Shown here: positions 31,711-41,270 of the stretch, piece by piece
Numbering within the stretch: position 1 is the first letter of the stretch
How the letters are laid out: each line of letters starts with the position of its first letter
Source: an uncultured cyanobacterium
Lineage (GTDB): Bacteria > Cyanobacteriota > Cyanobacteriia > PCC-9006 > JAAUQQ01
Reading direction: 5' to 3'
NCBI GenBank assembly: GCA_963718615.1
Contig: OY970368.1
Location: forward strand, 3,712,001 to 3,776,000
Length of the DNA stretch: 64,000 nt
The notes under the pieces: generated by a model
Told to the model about the DNA's origin: nothing
The model's input: the letters and a program-made list of their open reading frames with translations, nothing else
The model's database searches: none
Position numbers and translations under genes: made by a program

Positions 31711-32163
31711 TTGGTTCGGCTTTATTTGGACACCAGCCTTTACAACCGCCCTTTCGATGATCAGAGCCAGCCTAAAATCTTTCTGGAGACGCAGGCCGTT
31801 GTGATTGTTTTGCAAATGGTTGAGTCTGGTGCGGCTGAGCTGGTTAGTTCTACGGCGTTGGCATATGAAAATAGTCGTAATCCTTATGCAGATCGGCAAA
31901 AGGCAACAGAGTGTTACTTAGCACTTGCTTCGGTATATCAAGTTTTGGATGATTCGATTCGCTTACGGGCAAAGGAGCTTGAAGCTCAGGGAGTCCAGGC
32001 TTTGGATGCTTTACATGTGGCTTCAGCAGAAGCAGCAGGCTGCGATTATTTGCTGACTTGCGATCGCCGCTTGATCAATCGCTGCCAGAGTTTGACGTTG
32101 CGAGTAATAAATCCAACTGATTTTGTTGTGGAGGTGGATGATGACGATTCAAGTATTGAATGA
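31711..32163 (+). CDS. PIN domain protein
   Basis: LYLDTSLYNRPFDD, ALDALHVA and LLTCD motifs. Confidence 0.85.
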   Translation: MVRLYLDTSLYNRPFDDQSQPKIFLETQAVVIVLQMVESGAAELVSSTALAYENSRNPYADRQKATECYLALASVYQVLDDSIRLRAKELEAQGVQALDALHVASAEAAGCDYLLTCDRRLINRCQSLTLRVINPTDFVVEVDDDDSSIE

Positions 32164-32395
32164 GCAACAGGTGATTCATGAGGCGTTGCAGGTTTTGATG
32201 GCAAATCTGGATCTATCTAAGGTGATTCGGTTTTGGGCGGCTTCTGGATTGGGGCAGGGAGATTATCTTCAGATTAGGATGCAGCTTTTCGCGGGGGAGT
32301 CTGTGGATAGTCTTTATGACAAGATGATGGCGTTTGAGCAGCAGATTCAAGAGTTCTCGGAGGAATCGCCCTCTGCAAAAGTCTCCAGCTCCTAA
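32140..32395 (+). CDS. Small partner protein of the PIN toxin
   Basis: Overlaps the PIN stop; GQGDYL motif typical of such partners. Confidence 0.65.
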
Positions 32396-32454
32396 GTTTG
32401 CAACACGTACCCCAAATCGACGAGCCAGACTGCGCTACGCTCGGGGCTACTCAT
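32392..32454 (-). pseudogene. PemK/MazF toxin N-terminal remnant (20 codons)
   Basis: MSSPERSAVWLVDLGYV then stop; start overlaps the end of the upstream antitoxin. Confidence 0.55.
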
Positions 32455-32698
32455 AGCTGGCCTCTTCTTCGTCGAGGGTTAAGAAAAGTTCTTCGGCATT
32501 GAGGACCAAATCCTCATCGGTCAGGGGAGGAAATTCAAGGTGGATGAGCCGTCTCAGGATCTCCAGCGCAACCTGGATTTGCTCACTGTCAGGCAATCCG
32601 TCAAAGTTGCTGAGGATCTGTTGAGCGAGGGCTGTCTTAGCGATGTCACTCAATATAGCGCTTATCCGTCCCATCGTCATAGGACAGATACTCTTCAA
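32447..32698 (-). CDS. Putative antitoxin (start uncertain)
   Basis: PPLTDEDLVLNAEELFLTLDEEE acidic tail; directly precedes the MazF remnant. Confidence 0.55.
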   Translation of the reverse strand: MKSICPMTMGRISAILSDIAKTALAQQILSNFDGLPDSEQIQVALEILRRLIHLEFPPLTDEDLVLNAEELFLTLDEEEASYE

Positions 32699-32743
32699 AA
32701 TTCATGGAGGTGGTAGAAGCATCTATCATTTACGATGTCTCCG

Positions 32744-33331
32744 TTATTGACCAGAGATAAGAACTTCAGCCGCTGTCAAATGCCAGTTTGGGAATGCTGG
32801 AGACATCATCACATCACCATTCTGAAACTCTGTGTAATCGTAAGATTGCCCGACCAGACAACCCACCCGAATCACACCTCTCATCGGATCAGTAATCCAG
32901 TATTCAGCAATACCTCGCTTTGCATACTCCGCTGGCTTCTGCTCATAATCGCGCTTGTAATTATCCGAAAATTTATCTCCTGGGCTCACGACCTCAATGA
33001 CCAGTACCGGATTCGGGTCATAACGCTTGAGGCAGGCTTCTGAACGACCCGATATTGCCCCTGCCGATGCCTCAGAATGCACAATCAAATCCGGGTCACG
33101 CGCCGTCACATACCGGCTCTCCACCTCAATTTTTTCCTTAATCCCCAGGCGGTCGTAGTCCACAAGCTGGAGAAACGCCTGAATCAGAAACAACGCAATC
33201 TTGATATTGGCTCGACTCTCCGCACCCATCTCCACCAATACCCCATCCACTAATTCATAGCGCCGATCGGTTCCATCGTCGTAGCTCAGGAACTCCTCAA
33301 GGCTCATGCGTTGCTCTGTTGCGGCTGTCAT
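32744..33331 (-). CDS. Uma2 family endonuclease
   Basis: YELVDG, RDPD, IEVVSPG and EYWITDP motifs. Confidence 0.9.
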   Translation of the reverse strand: MTAATEQRMSLEEFLSYDDGTDRRYELVDGVLVEMGAESRANIKIALFLIQAFLQLVDYDRLGIKEKIEVESRYVTARDPDLIVHSEASAGAISGRSEACLKRYDPNPVLVIEVVSPGDKFSDNYKRDYEQKPAEYAKRGIAEYWITDPMRGVIRVGCLVGQSYDYTEFQNGDVMMSPAFPNWHLTAAEVLISGQ

Positions 33332-33422
33332 AGCGATCGCCTCATGCCCAGTGATTACGTACAGCGCCCTATGACTCCATCATAACCAACTGGGCTGAGC
33401 GCCGTGACAAAATAGAAAAGAA

Positions 33423-36017
33423 CTAAACCACCACAAAATTCACCAGTTTCCCCGGCACCACAATCACCTTCTTCACCGTCTTGCCCTCAATAAACTTCTG
33501 CGCCACATCTGACTCCCGCGCCAACTGCTCTAGCGTTGCCTTATCGGAACTCGCAGGCACCTGAAGGGTTCCCCGAGTTTTGCCCATAATCTGGATAACC
33601 AAAGTAATCTCATCCGCAACTAATGCCTGGGGATCAAACTGTGGCCAAGCCTCTAAGTGAATCGAAGATTCATGGCCCAAGCCATGCCAGAGATCTTCTG
33701 CGAGGTGAGGCGAGAACGGAGCCAACAGCTTCAGCAACGTTTCCACCCCTTCGTTGTAGATCGCACTGTCGGCAATCTCCTTGGCATCGCCTAGGGCGTT
33801 GTTCAGCTTCATCAGCTCCGACACCGCCGTATTGAACTGGTAGTCATCCTCCAGATCCTCGGTGATCGCCTGAATTGCTATGTGGATGGCGCGACGCAAT
33901 TCTTTTTCGGGTTTAGTTAGGGCATCGGCTGCGGACGAACGGCTGTTCGTCCCTACGGGGGGGGCTGTGTTTTCGGCGTGAGCCGTCGCCGTGCGCCAGA
34001 CGCGGTTCAAAAACCGGAATTGGCCTTCCACGTCGGCATCATCCCACTCCAGATCCTTCTCCGGCGGAGCCTTGAACAAAATGAACATACGCGCCGTGTC
34101 TGCCCCATACTTGTCCACCACATCGCCGGGTGCAACGCCGTTGAACTTGGACTTGGACATTTTTTCGTAGGTGGTCACCAGCGCTTCACCGGTTTCCGGA
34201 TCAACTGGATTGTTCACGTCCGCCAAGTCCTCCGGGGCGAGGTATTTGCCGGTGGTCGGGTTCTTGTAGGCCATGGCTTGGACCATGCCTTGGGTCAGCA
34301 ACTTTTTGAAGGGTTCGTCGAAGTTGAGTAGACCGCGATCGCGCAACACCTTCGTAAAGAATCGCGAATACAACAAATGCAAAATCGCGTGCTCAATCCC
34401 TCCCACATACTGGTCCACCGGCAACCAGTCATTCACCTTCTCCGGGGAAAAAACCTGCTCCTCATTGCCCGCATCGGGATAGCGCAGGAAGTACCAAGAC
34501 GAATCCAAAAACGTATCCATCGTGTCCGTCTCCCGCTGAGCAGGCTTGCCACAACTCGGACAGGGTACATTAATCCAGTCCTCCATTTTCGACAGCGGTG
34601 ACGCTCCCTTGCCCGTGAATTCTACGTTCTGGGGCAGTTGCACCGGCAAATCCCCATCGGGCACCGGCACCGCACCGCAGTCCTCACAGTGGATAATCGG
34701 AATCGGCGCACCCCAGTAACGTTGGCGGGAGACGAGCCAGTCGCGCAGGCGGTAGTTAGTGGTGCCGTGGCCGATCTGCTTTTCTTCGAGGTAGGCGATC
34801 GCCACCCCCACAGACTGACCTTTCCCCTTCCCCGCCTTGACGCCGTCCAACGGCCCCGAATTCACCATCACCCCATCACCGGGATAGGCTTCGGTCATGG
34901 TTTCGCTATCGAGGCTTGCCCCGTCCGGCTGCACCACGGCTTTGATCGGCAGCTCAAACTTACGGGCAAAGTCAAAGTCCCGCTGGTCGTGGGCGGGTAC
35001 GGCCATGATCGCGCCCGTGCCGTAGTCCATCATCACGTAGTCTGCGGTCCAGATGGGGATTTTGGCATCGTTGACCGGGTTAATGGCATAGCTGCCGGTC
35101 CAGACGCCGGTTTTTTCACGGCCTTCTGCCGTGCGATCGATCGTGCTCATGTTGGCGGCGGCTTTTTGGTAGGTGGCGATCGCCTTTTTCTGCGTTTTCG
35201 TCGTCAGCTTGTCAATCAACGGATGCTCCGGCGAAATCACCATAAACGTCGCCCCCCAAAGGGTATCGGGGCGAGTTGTATAAACCACCAAATCATCCCC
35301 AGCCTCCGTATGAAACGTTACCTGGGCTCCGGTAGACTTGCCAATCCAGTTGGCCTGCATGGTTTTGACGCGATCGGGCCAGCCGTCGAGCTGGTCCAAA
35401 TCCTTGAGCAACTGGTCCGCATAGTCGGTGATCTTAAAGAACCACTGCTTCAGCAACTTACGTTCCACCTTGGCACCGGAGCGCCAGGAGCGGCCTTCGC
35501 TGTCTACCTGCTCATTGGCCAAGACGGTTTGATCGATGGGGTCCCAGTTTACCGCTGCTTCCTTTTGGTAGGCCAAGCCCGCTTCGAAGAACTGTAGGAA
35601 AATCCACTGGGTCCAGCGGTAGTAATTGGGCAGGCAGGTGGCGACTTCGCGGTCCCAGTCGTAGGAGAGGCCCAGGGCTCGCAATTGGTCGCGCATTTGG
35701 TCAATATTTTTCAGTGTCCAATCCGCTGGGGGCACGCCTCGTTGAATGGCGGCGTTCTCTGCCGGTAAACCAAAGGCATCCCAGCCCATGGGGTGCAGTA
35801 CGCGGAAGCCCTGCATCCGCCGCACGCGGGCAATCACGTCGGTAATCGTGTAGTTGCGCACATGGCCCATGTGCAGGTTGCCGGAGGGGTACGGGAACAT
35901 GGAGAGGGCATAGTATTTGGGCTTTTCTGAGTCTTCAGAGGTCTGGTCTAGACCTTGGTCGGCCCATGCGGCTTGCCATTTTTTCTCGATGTCGGCTGGG
36001 TTGTAACGAGACTCCAC
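33423..36017 (-). CDS. leuS: Leucyl-tRNA synthetase
   Basis: MFPYPSG.LHMGH, editing domain and KMSKS; GTG start with GGAG RBS. Confidence 0.97.
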   Translation of the reverse strand: MESRYNPADIEKKWQAAWADQGLDQTSEDSEKPKYYALSMFPYPSGNLHMGHVRNYTITDVIARVRRMQGFRVLHPMGWDAFGLPAENAAIQRGVPPADWTLKNIDQMRDQLRALGLSYDWDREVATCLPNYYRWTQWIFLQFFEAGLAYQKEAAVNWDPIDQTVLANEQVDSEGRSWRSGAKVERKLLKQWFFKITDYADQLLKDLDQLDGWPDRVKTMQANWIGKSTGAQVTFHTEAGDDLVVYTTRPDTLWGATFMVISPEHPLIDKLTTKTQKKAIATYQKAAANMSTIDRTAEGREKTGVWTGSYAINPVNDAKIPIWTADYVMMDYGTGAIMAVPAHDQRDFDFARKFELPIKAVVQPDGASLDSETMTEAYPGDGVMVNSGPLDGVKAGKGKGQSVGVAIAYLEEKQIGHGTTNYRLRDWLVSRQRYWGAPIPIIHCEDCGAVPVPDGDLPVQLPQNVEFTGKGASPLSKMEDWINVPCPSCGKPAQRETDTMDTFLDSSWYFLRYPDAGNEEQVFSPEKVNDWLPVDQYVGGIEHAILHLLYSRFFTKVLRDRGLLNFDEPFKKLLTQGMVQAMAYKNPTTGKYLAPEDLADVNNPVDPETGEALVTTYEKMSKSKFNGVAPGDVVDKYGADTARMFILFKAPPEKDLEWDDADVEGQFRFLNRVWRTATAHAENTAPPVGTNSRSSAADALTKPEKELRRAIHIAIQAITEDLEDDYQFNTAVSELMKLNNALGDAKEIADSAIYNEGVETLLKLLAPFSPHLAEDLWHGLGHESSIHLEAWPQFDPQALVADEITLVIQIMGKTRGTLQVPASSDKATLEQLARESDVAQKFIEGKTVKKVIVVPGKLVNFVVV
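33933..33956 (-). repeat. GTAG-type REP hairpin in-frame inside leuS
   Basis: GTAG-GGACGAAC-AGCC-GTTCGTCC on the minus strand. Confidence 0.7.
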
Positions 36018-36268
36018 GAAACCTACTCCCGCTGGATAACTGGATAAATATTCAATGCGATACACGATTGTAGGCTGATGCCGGGGCGATCGCCCATCAT
36101 CTCATGAGATTGAGAAGGGGAATTGGTGAGGGGGCCAGGTTTTGCTACACAGAAACGAATATATGGGGTGGGAATTCTCAGGATTCGGCAGCGTGAATTT
36201 TTTATGAATAACACTAACGGCTCGTTCGGATAGTCCTGATATGAGTCAGTTAGGAGATACAAGTTCTC

Positions 36269-36607
36269 ATGCACTACTATTCAAGAGTTCTCAAAAACTA
36301 CGCTGTCTTCGAAGGCCGTGCTCGTCGAAAAGAATACTGGATGTTTGTGCTATTCAATCTCTTGATTAGCTTCGCTCTACGGTTTCTCGAGCACATCTTG
36401 GGGGGTGCAACCGCAACAGACCAGAGTGTACTGAGCACAATCTATCAGCTTGCTGTCTTATTGCCCAGTCTGGCTGTTGGAGTTCGACGGATGCACGATG
36501 TCAACCGCAGTGGTTGGTGGCTCTTAGTCCCGATAGCCAACTTCATTTTCTCGATCACTGAAGGAGACCTTGGCGATAACAAGTACGGGACAGATCCGAA
36601 GCGATAG
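36269..36607 (+). CDS. DUF805 membrane protein
   Basis: FEGRARRKEYW, VRRMHD and NKYG.DP motifs. Confidence 0.9.
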   Translation: MHYYSRVLKNYAVFEGRARRKEYWMFVLFNLLISFALRFLEHILGGATATDQSVLSTIYQLAVLLPSLAVGVRRMHDVNRSGWWLLVPIANFIFSITEGDLGDNKYGTDPKR

Positions 36608-36609
36608 GT

Positions 36610-36745
36610 TGAGATCTTAGGTTGCTTGGCGAGATTGGCGATCGAATTGGCCGAACTGCCAAATGTTGCCTATGGAAATTGTCCCCTGGAGGATGGGTTG
36701 ATCGGCATCGATCCAATGATCCAGCGCGTTGTCTTCGCGTCATAG
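36610..36745 (-). pseudogene. Remnant of a conserved cyanobacterial hypothetical, possibly nuclease-fold, gene
   Basis: Frame reads ALDHWIDADQPILQGTISIGNIWQFGQFDRQSRQAT*DLN, flanked by stops; family recognised from memory only. Confidence 0.4.
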
Positions 36746-36930
36746 GATAAATATAACGTCGCATCTGGTACAGGTAGCTGCGCCAACCCTGGCCCCGCTA
36801 CCAAGGCCAACCCACCCAGTCCAAGCGCCATAGCACCGCTTAATTCCATTAGCTGTACCCAGACTCAATAAACTCCTCGATCGTATCCCCCCCCATGCTC
36901 CCCAGCAAAACTGCACAAATCTTACAAGAG

Positions 36931-37227
36931 CTACTGCTCTATGAACAAAGCCTCTAAATCTCGATACCCACTCACAACCCGCAACACCTCAATTCCATCT
37001 ACCAAAGGGACATAAAAAACAATGTAGTCCGCAACCACAAATCCCCGCAAACCTTGTCTCAACCGCTCATACCGCTTCCCCATATTTGGAAATTGGGCAA
37101 CTAGCCTACACTTCTTGCGAATCACATCGAACAACTCACTCGCAGCATCAGGATTCTCCATCGCGATAGAATCACACACAGTCGTCAAATCCTGTACAGC
37201 CAGTGGCGAGAAACGATAGATGCCCAT
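36931..37227 (-). CDS. RelE/ParE family toxin
   Basis: A..DL, FPNMG, YIVFY and VLRVVSG.RD motifs. Confidence 0.88.
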   Translation of the reverse strand: MGIYRFSPLAVQDLTTVCDSIAMENPDAASELFDVIRKKCRLVAQFPNMGKRYERLRQGLRGFVVADYIVFYVPLVDGIEVLRVVSGYRDLEALFIEQ

Positions 37228-37235
37228 ACAAAAGC

Positions 37236-37559
37236 CTAAACCTGATGCTGCTCCGCCGCAATCCGAGCAATCCGAGTTTGGAGTGCCTCAAAAACCACTT
37301 CCCCATCTACTCCTTGGCCCGCCTCCAACTCAGCCGCTCCCGCCGAAATCATGCCCCGTAACTCTTGCAAGCGCCGCTCCTGATCCGCCACCCACGGCAA
37401 CACTTCCGTCACAACTGCACTCGGCGTAGAAACCTGTTTCTGCGCCAAAATTACCAGTAATTGCGCAATAAACTGCTGTAACTCAGGGACCGAAAACTCA
37501 TCCATCGCCCGCACGAGATCCGTCGGAGATAGCTGAACCTCTAGTTGAAGCGTTGTCAT
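37236..37559 (-). CDS. Antitoxin with a ParD-like C-terminus and an atypical N-terminus
   Basis: RLQELR..I.AG..EL.AGQGVDGE.VF; directly upstream of ParE. Confidence 0.7.
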   Translation of the reverse strand: MTTLQLEVQLSPTDLVRAMDEFSVPELQQFIAQLLVILAQKQVSTPSAVVTEVLPWVADQERRLQELRGMISAGAAELEAGQGVDGEVVFEALQTRIARIAAEQHQV

Positions 37560-37734
37560 CACCATTCTCCTAAACACATACTTCCTCCAGTTTACATGCA
37601 TATAACTGGCAACACACTCCAGGATCAGAGGCTAAAGCCCTGACTGTCGTCGTGAATCTTGATCGACCCCTCCCACATAGTCTGTAGAAACTACAATAGA
37701 CCCGCCCGATCTAGCCGTCATCGCAGACCGTGAA

Positions 37735-38609
37735 TTGGCCGAAATGATCACTCCAACTGCCTCTCCTCATCCCTATCGCGGACGCCTTGCCCCAACCCCC
37801 TCCGGCCATTTGCATTTGGGCCATGGGTGTACCTTTTGGCTTGCCCAGCAGCGGGCGATCGCCGCCCAAGGCCACCTCATCCTCCGCATCGAAGACCTCG
37901 ACCAAGCCCGCTGTAAGCCCCATTACCAACAGGACCTGATCGAAGATTTACAATGGCTAGGGTTGCAATGGCAAGAAGGCCCAGACCTAGGAGGACCTCA
38001 CCATCCTTATAATCAACAACAAAGATTGTTGACTTACCAACAGACTTGGCAGCAGCTCAATCAAGCCCGTGCCATTTATCCCAGTCCCCACTCCCGCCGG
38101 GACGTTGCCCATGCCCTAAGTGCCCCCCATGAGGGCGATCGCGAAATCCTGTTCCCCCCCAGCTTCGCCCCTCAGATTGGCCCTTTGCAGAACAACCCGG
38201 CAGCGTCAACTGGCGTTTTCAGGTTCCCGATGGCGTCGTTATTCGCTTTCAAGACCAACGCCTCGGCGACGTTGCCTTTACCGCTGGCGTAGATTTTGGA
38301 GACTTCATCGTGTGGCGCAAAGACGGGTTTCCCAGCTACGAACTCGCCGTCGTGGCCGATGACCATGCCATGGCCATTTCTGAGGTCGTACGGGGCGAAG
38401 ATCTGCTGCTCTCCACCGCCAAACAGATCTTGCTCTATCAAACCCTCGGCTGGCCTTGTCCGGCGTTTTACCATTGCCCCCTCCTGCGAGATGCCCAAGG
38501 CAAACGCTTGGCGAAACGCGATCGATCCACAGCCCTGTGGACTTTAAGACAACAGGGCGTTTCGCCTGCAACTCTCCTGCAAGGGTTCCTCGATTCATAC
38601 CTGTTCTAG
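37735..38609 (+). CDS. gluQ: Glutamyl-Q tRNA(Asp) synthetase; apparent frameshift at the C7 run 38154-38160
   Basis: YRGRLAPTPSGHLHLGH and LRIEDLD, then GDFIVWRKDG..YELAVVADD, RGEDL and RLAKR in another frame; adding one C joins them. Confidence 0.88.
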
Positions 38610-38662
38610 GGAAATTCAGACGCTATGCTGGATGCTGAATCTATTGAACTCCGTGTATTCTT

Positions 38663-39409
38663 TTGGCTTCTTTGCAACGACTGGTGATCACCCCGGATCA
38701 ACTCCAGGGCGATCGCCTCATCCTCACCTCTGAACAGCAACATTATCTGCGGCGGGTGCTGCGGTTGAAGGGGGGCGATCGCTTTTTGGCGACCACGGGG
38801 CAGGGCAACCTGTGGCTGGCTCAGTTGCCCCTGGCTGACCCAACCGGGGAAGCACACCTGCTCGAACAACGTTCTGGCCCCCCACCCCTGCCGGTCGAGA
38901 TTTACCTGCTGGCGGCACTGCCCAAAACCGGATTTGACGAGGTGGTTCGTCAGGCGACAGAATTGGGGGTCGGACAAATTATGCCGGTCATCAGCGAACG
39001 GACGCTGCTCAAGCCCAGTCCCCAAAAATTGGAGCGCTGGCGACGGATTGCCCAGGAGGCCACAGAACAATGTGAGCGAGCCGAGGTTCCTGCAATTGCA
39101 GACCCGCTGTCTTGGGTGCAGGTGCTGACCCAGCCTGTCATCACAGAGATTCCGGTCACGGGGCGGTTTCTCTGCGCCGCCCGAGGAGCCTCGGCCCCGC
39201 TCTGGCAGACGGTACAGAGGAGTCACAAGGCTCAAAATTCAAGGATTGCGCTGGCAGTGGGTCCCGAGGGGGGCTGGACTCCAGGGGAGATAGAAACTGC
39301 CATTGCCCACCAGTTTCAGCCCGTTTCCCTTGGCTCTACCATTCTGCGCGCCGTGACGGCCCCCTTGGCGGCGATCGCGCTGATTCAGGCGGTTTATAGT
39401 AAAAGCTAA
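38663..39409 (+). CDS. rsmE: 16S rRNA m3U1498 methyltransferase
   Basis: HYLRRVLRL, QATELGV, VGPEGG and LGSTILRA motifs. Confidence 0.93.
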   Translation: MASLQRLVITPDQLQGDRLILTSEQQHYLRRVLRLKGGDRFLATTGQGNLWLAQLPLADPTGEAHLLEQRSGPPPLPVEIYLLAALPKTGFDEVVRQATELGVGQIMPVISERTLLKPSPQKLERWRRIAQEATEQCERAEVPAIADPLSWVQVLTQPVITEIPVTGRFLCAARGASAPLWQTVQRSHKAQNSRIALAVGPEGGWTPGEIETAIAHQFQPVSLGSTILRAVTAPLAAIALIQAVYSKS

Positions 39410-39439
39410 CGGGTGCGTTTACTGATTTTTTAGGTCACT

Positions 39440-40552
39440 ATGCTGGAACCCATTGCCCAGGCGTTGGAGCGCCAAGACTATCGAACGGCGGCTCAGTTGC
39501 TCAAACCGCTGATTCAGCAAAATCCCAAGGATCCTTGGGTGCAGTTTTATGTGGCGAGGGTCCATGAAGGGACGAACCAGGCCGAAAAAGCGGAGACCCT
39601 CTATCGCAAATTGCTCAAGGTTTCGACCAACCCCAAACTGATTAAGCAGGCGCGGGAAGGGCTGCTGCGCCTTGAAGCCCGTGAACGGGAGGCCCGCCAG
39701 CGGGCGATCGCCCAAGCCACCACAGATTCCCAGCGCACGGGCCTAGGGGGATTAATCCTCGAACCCTTATCGAATGAGGCTAAAACAGCGGTGGTGCCAG
39801 CCTTTGCGCGACTGATGCAGCTAGAGGCTTACACCGCCCGATTGCTGTTACCCAGTCGCAATTGGCGCTTCTATCGCACGGGCAAAATTGGCGAATTGGA
39901 GGTGTATGCGCAATCGCTGCGGGAGATTGGCGTTCCGGCCTTTTGTGTCGCCCTCGCAGATGTCGCTCGGATTCCAGTGATTCAGGCGCGGGATCTAAAG
40001 CGTTTGGGCGATCGCTGGGTCATTCCCCAGTTGGCCTCGGAAACCGCAGCCAATTTTGAGTTTTTTCCTCGGGAGGTGCGAGCCTGTGTAGAGGGAGCAT
40101 TGCCCTGGTTTGAGTCGGTGATCGATCGTGGTCCCTCCTCTAAAACGCCCATCGTCCGAAAGGAGCAGGTGAAGGACTATACGAAAATGTTGGATCTACA
40201 TCTGTCTGCACAGGTGATTGTACGGTTCTGCGATCGCACCTATCACTATCCCCGCGATCCCGATTCGCTGGATTCTCGCTATGCCACGACGCCTCAGTTG
40301 TGGAGCCAATTTAAGCAGTCGATCCAGCCGCAGGTGCCGGAAATTGTGGGGAGCGATCGCTTTGTGAGCTTTGCGGATACGGTCTTGGAACAAGAGGAGT
40401 TTCTGCGCCAAATTTCAGCCCAGATTGAACTCTCCACGGCGGATGCTTTGATTTCCCGCGACGATGCGCCGCCTTGGCACCAAGCCTTTCACCTGTACAG
40501 TAGTTGCTTTACAATCAAAGACGGTTTTTGCGATCGCCCCTATGCCCCTTGA
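39440..40552 (+). CDS. N-terminal TPR-containing conserved cyanobacterial protein
   Basis: TPR-like helices at the N-terminus. Confidence 0.75.
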   Translation: MLEPIAQALERQDYRTAAQLLKPLIQQNPKDPWVQFYVARVHEGTNQAEKAETLYRKLLKVSTNPKLIKQAREGLLRLEAREREARQRAIAQATTDSQRTGLGGLILEPLSNEAKTAVVPAFARLMQLEAYTARLLLPSRNWRFYRTGKIGELEVYAQSLREIGVPAFCVALADVARIPVIQARDLKRLGDRWVIPQLASETAANFEFFPREVRACVEGALPWFESVIDRGPSSKTPIVRKEQVKDYTKMLDLHLSAQVIVRFCDRTYHYPRDPDSLDSRYATTPQLWSQFKQSIQPQVPEIVGSDRFVSFADTVLEQEEFLRQISAQIELSTADALISRDDAPPWHQAFHLYSSCFTIKDGFCDRPYAP

Positions 40553-41261
40553 TACTTGGTTTCCCCTTGCGATTTACTACGAAGATTTACCGGAGGCCCG
40601 TCAGCATAAAGCAGCCTTGATCGATGCGGTTTTGCAGCTTGAAGCGGATGGCCATGAGCCGCGCAACTTTCCCGAAATGGCTTGGACGGGGGATTTGCAC
40701 GGGGTAGAGCGCATCCATCGAGATCCCCGGTTTTCCTGGGTGATTGAACAGGTAGAGGCCCATACGCTGAACTATCTAGATCAGCTTGGGGTCGATTTAG
40801 AAAAGATTGAGCTGTATATTCAACGGGGCTGGCCCGTGATCTCTCGCCATCAGCAGGAGGTGGGAGCCCATTGTCATAATACTTCGCATATTAGCGCAGT
40901 GTATTACCTTTCAGTGCCCAATTCCGGGAGTGATGAATCGGGTTGTTTAGTGTTTTTTGATCATGCCCGTCCCAATGAAGTTAGCCCCGGTTTAGGAAGC
41001 GAGAATACCGATATTATTGCCACCTGGAATGAGCTGAATCAGGATCAAGCCATGTATGAACCTGTAGAGGGACGACTGTTGCTCTTTCCCTCGAAGCAAC
41101 GCCATGCCGTGACGCTCAACCATACAGAGATTCCTCGGATTTCCCTGTCCTTTGATATTGTCATGACGGCGATCGCAGGAGAAGTAGCGGGTTCCTACGA
41201 ATTCCTCACTCCACCCCCGAGTCAATGGCAGCAGTTTGGTCAGTTACGTCAGCTGGGTTGA
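40542..41261 (+). CDS. Putative 2OG-Fe(II) oxygenase (TIGR02466-like)
   Basis: HCH..SHISAVYYL and LLLFPS..RHAV..N....RISLSF motifs. Confidence 0.8.
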   Translation: MPLDTWFPLAIYYEDLPEARQHKAALIDAVLQLEADGHEPRNFPEMAWTGDLHGVERIHRDPRFSWVIEQVEAHTLNYLDQLGVDLEKIELYIQRGWPVISRHQQEVGAHCHNTSHISAVYYLSVPNSGSDESGCLVFFDHARPNEVSPGLGSENTDIIATWNELNQDQAMYEPVEGRLLLFPSKQRHAVTLNHTEIPRISLSFDIVMTAIAGEVAGSYEFLTPPPSQWQQFGQLRQLG

Positions 41262-41270
41262 GGGGATTGA

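Noticed and set aside
34638-35597. Long + strand ORF (319 aa) and similar antisense ORFs such as 12919-13644, 6809-7504 and 1215-1769
   Set aside because: Shadow frames opposite well-supported genes (leuS, cysS, GH9, rpsD), with no motifs
40542-41261. Second 2OG oxygenase as another halogenase
   Set aside because: Its HxH motif is typical of the TIGR02466-like family and is not the HxA/G halogenase signature
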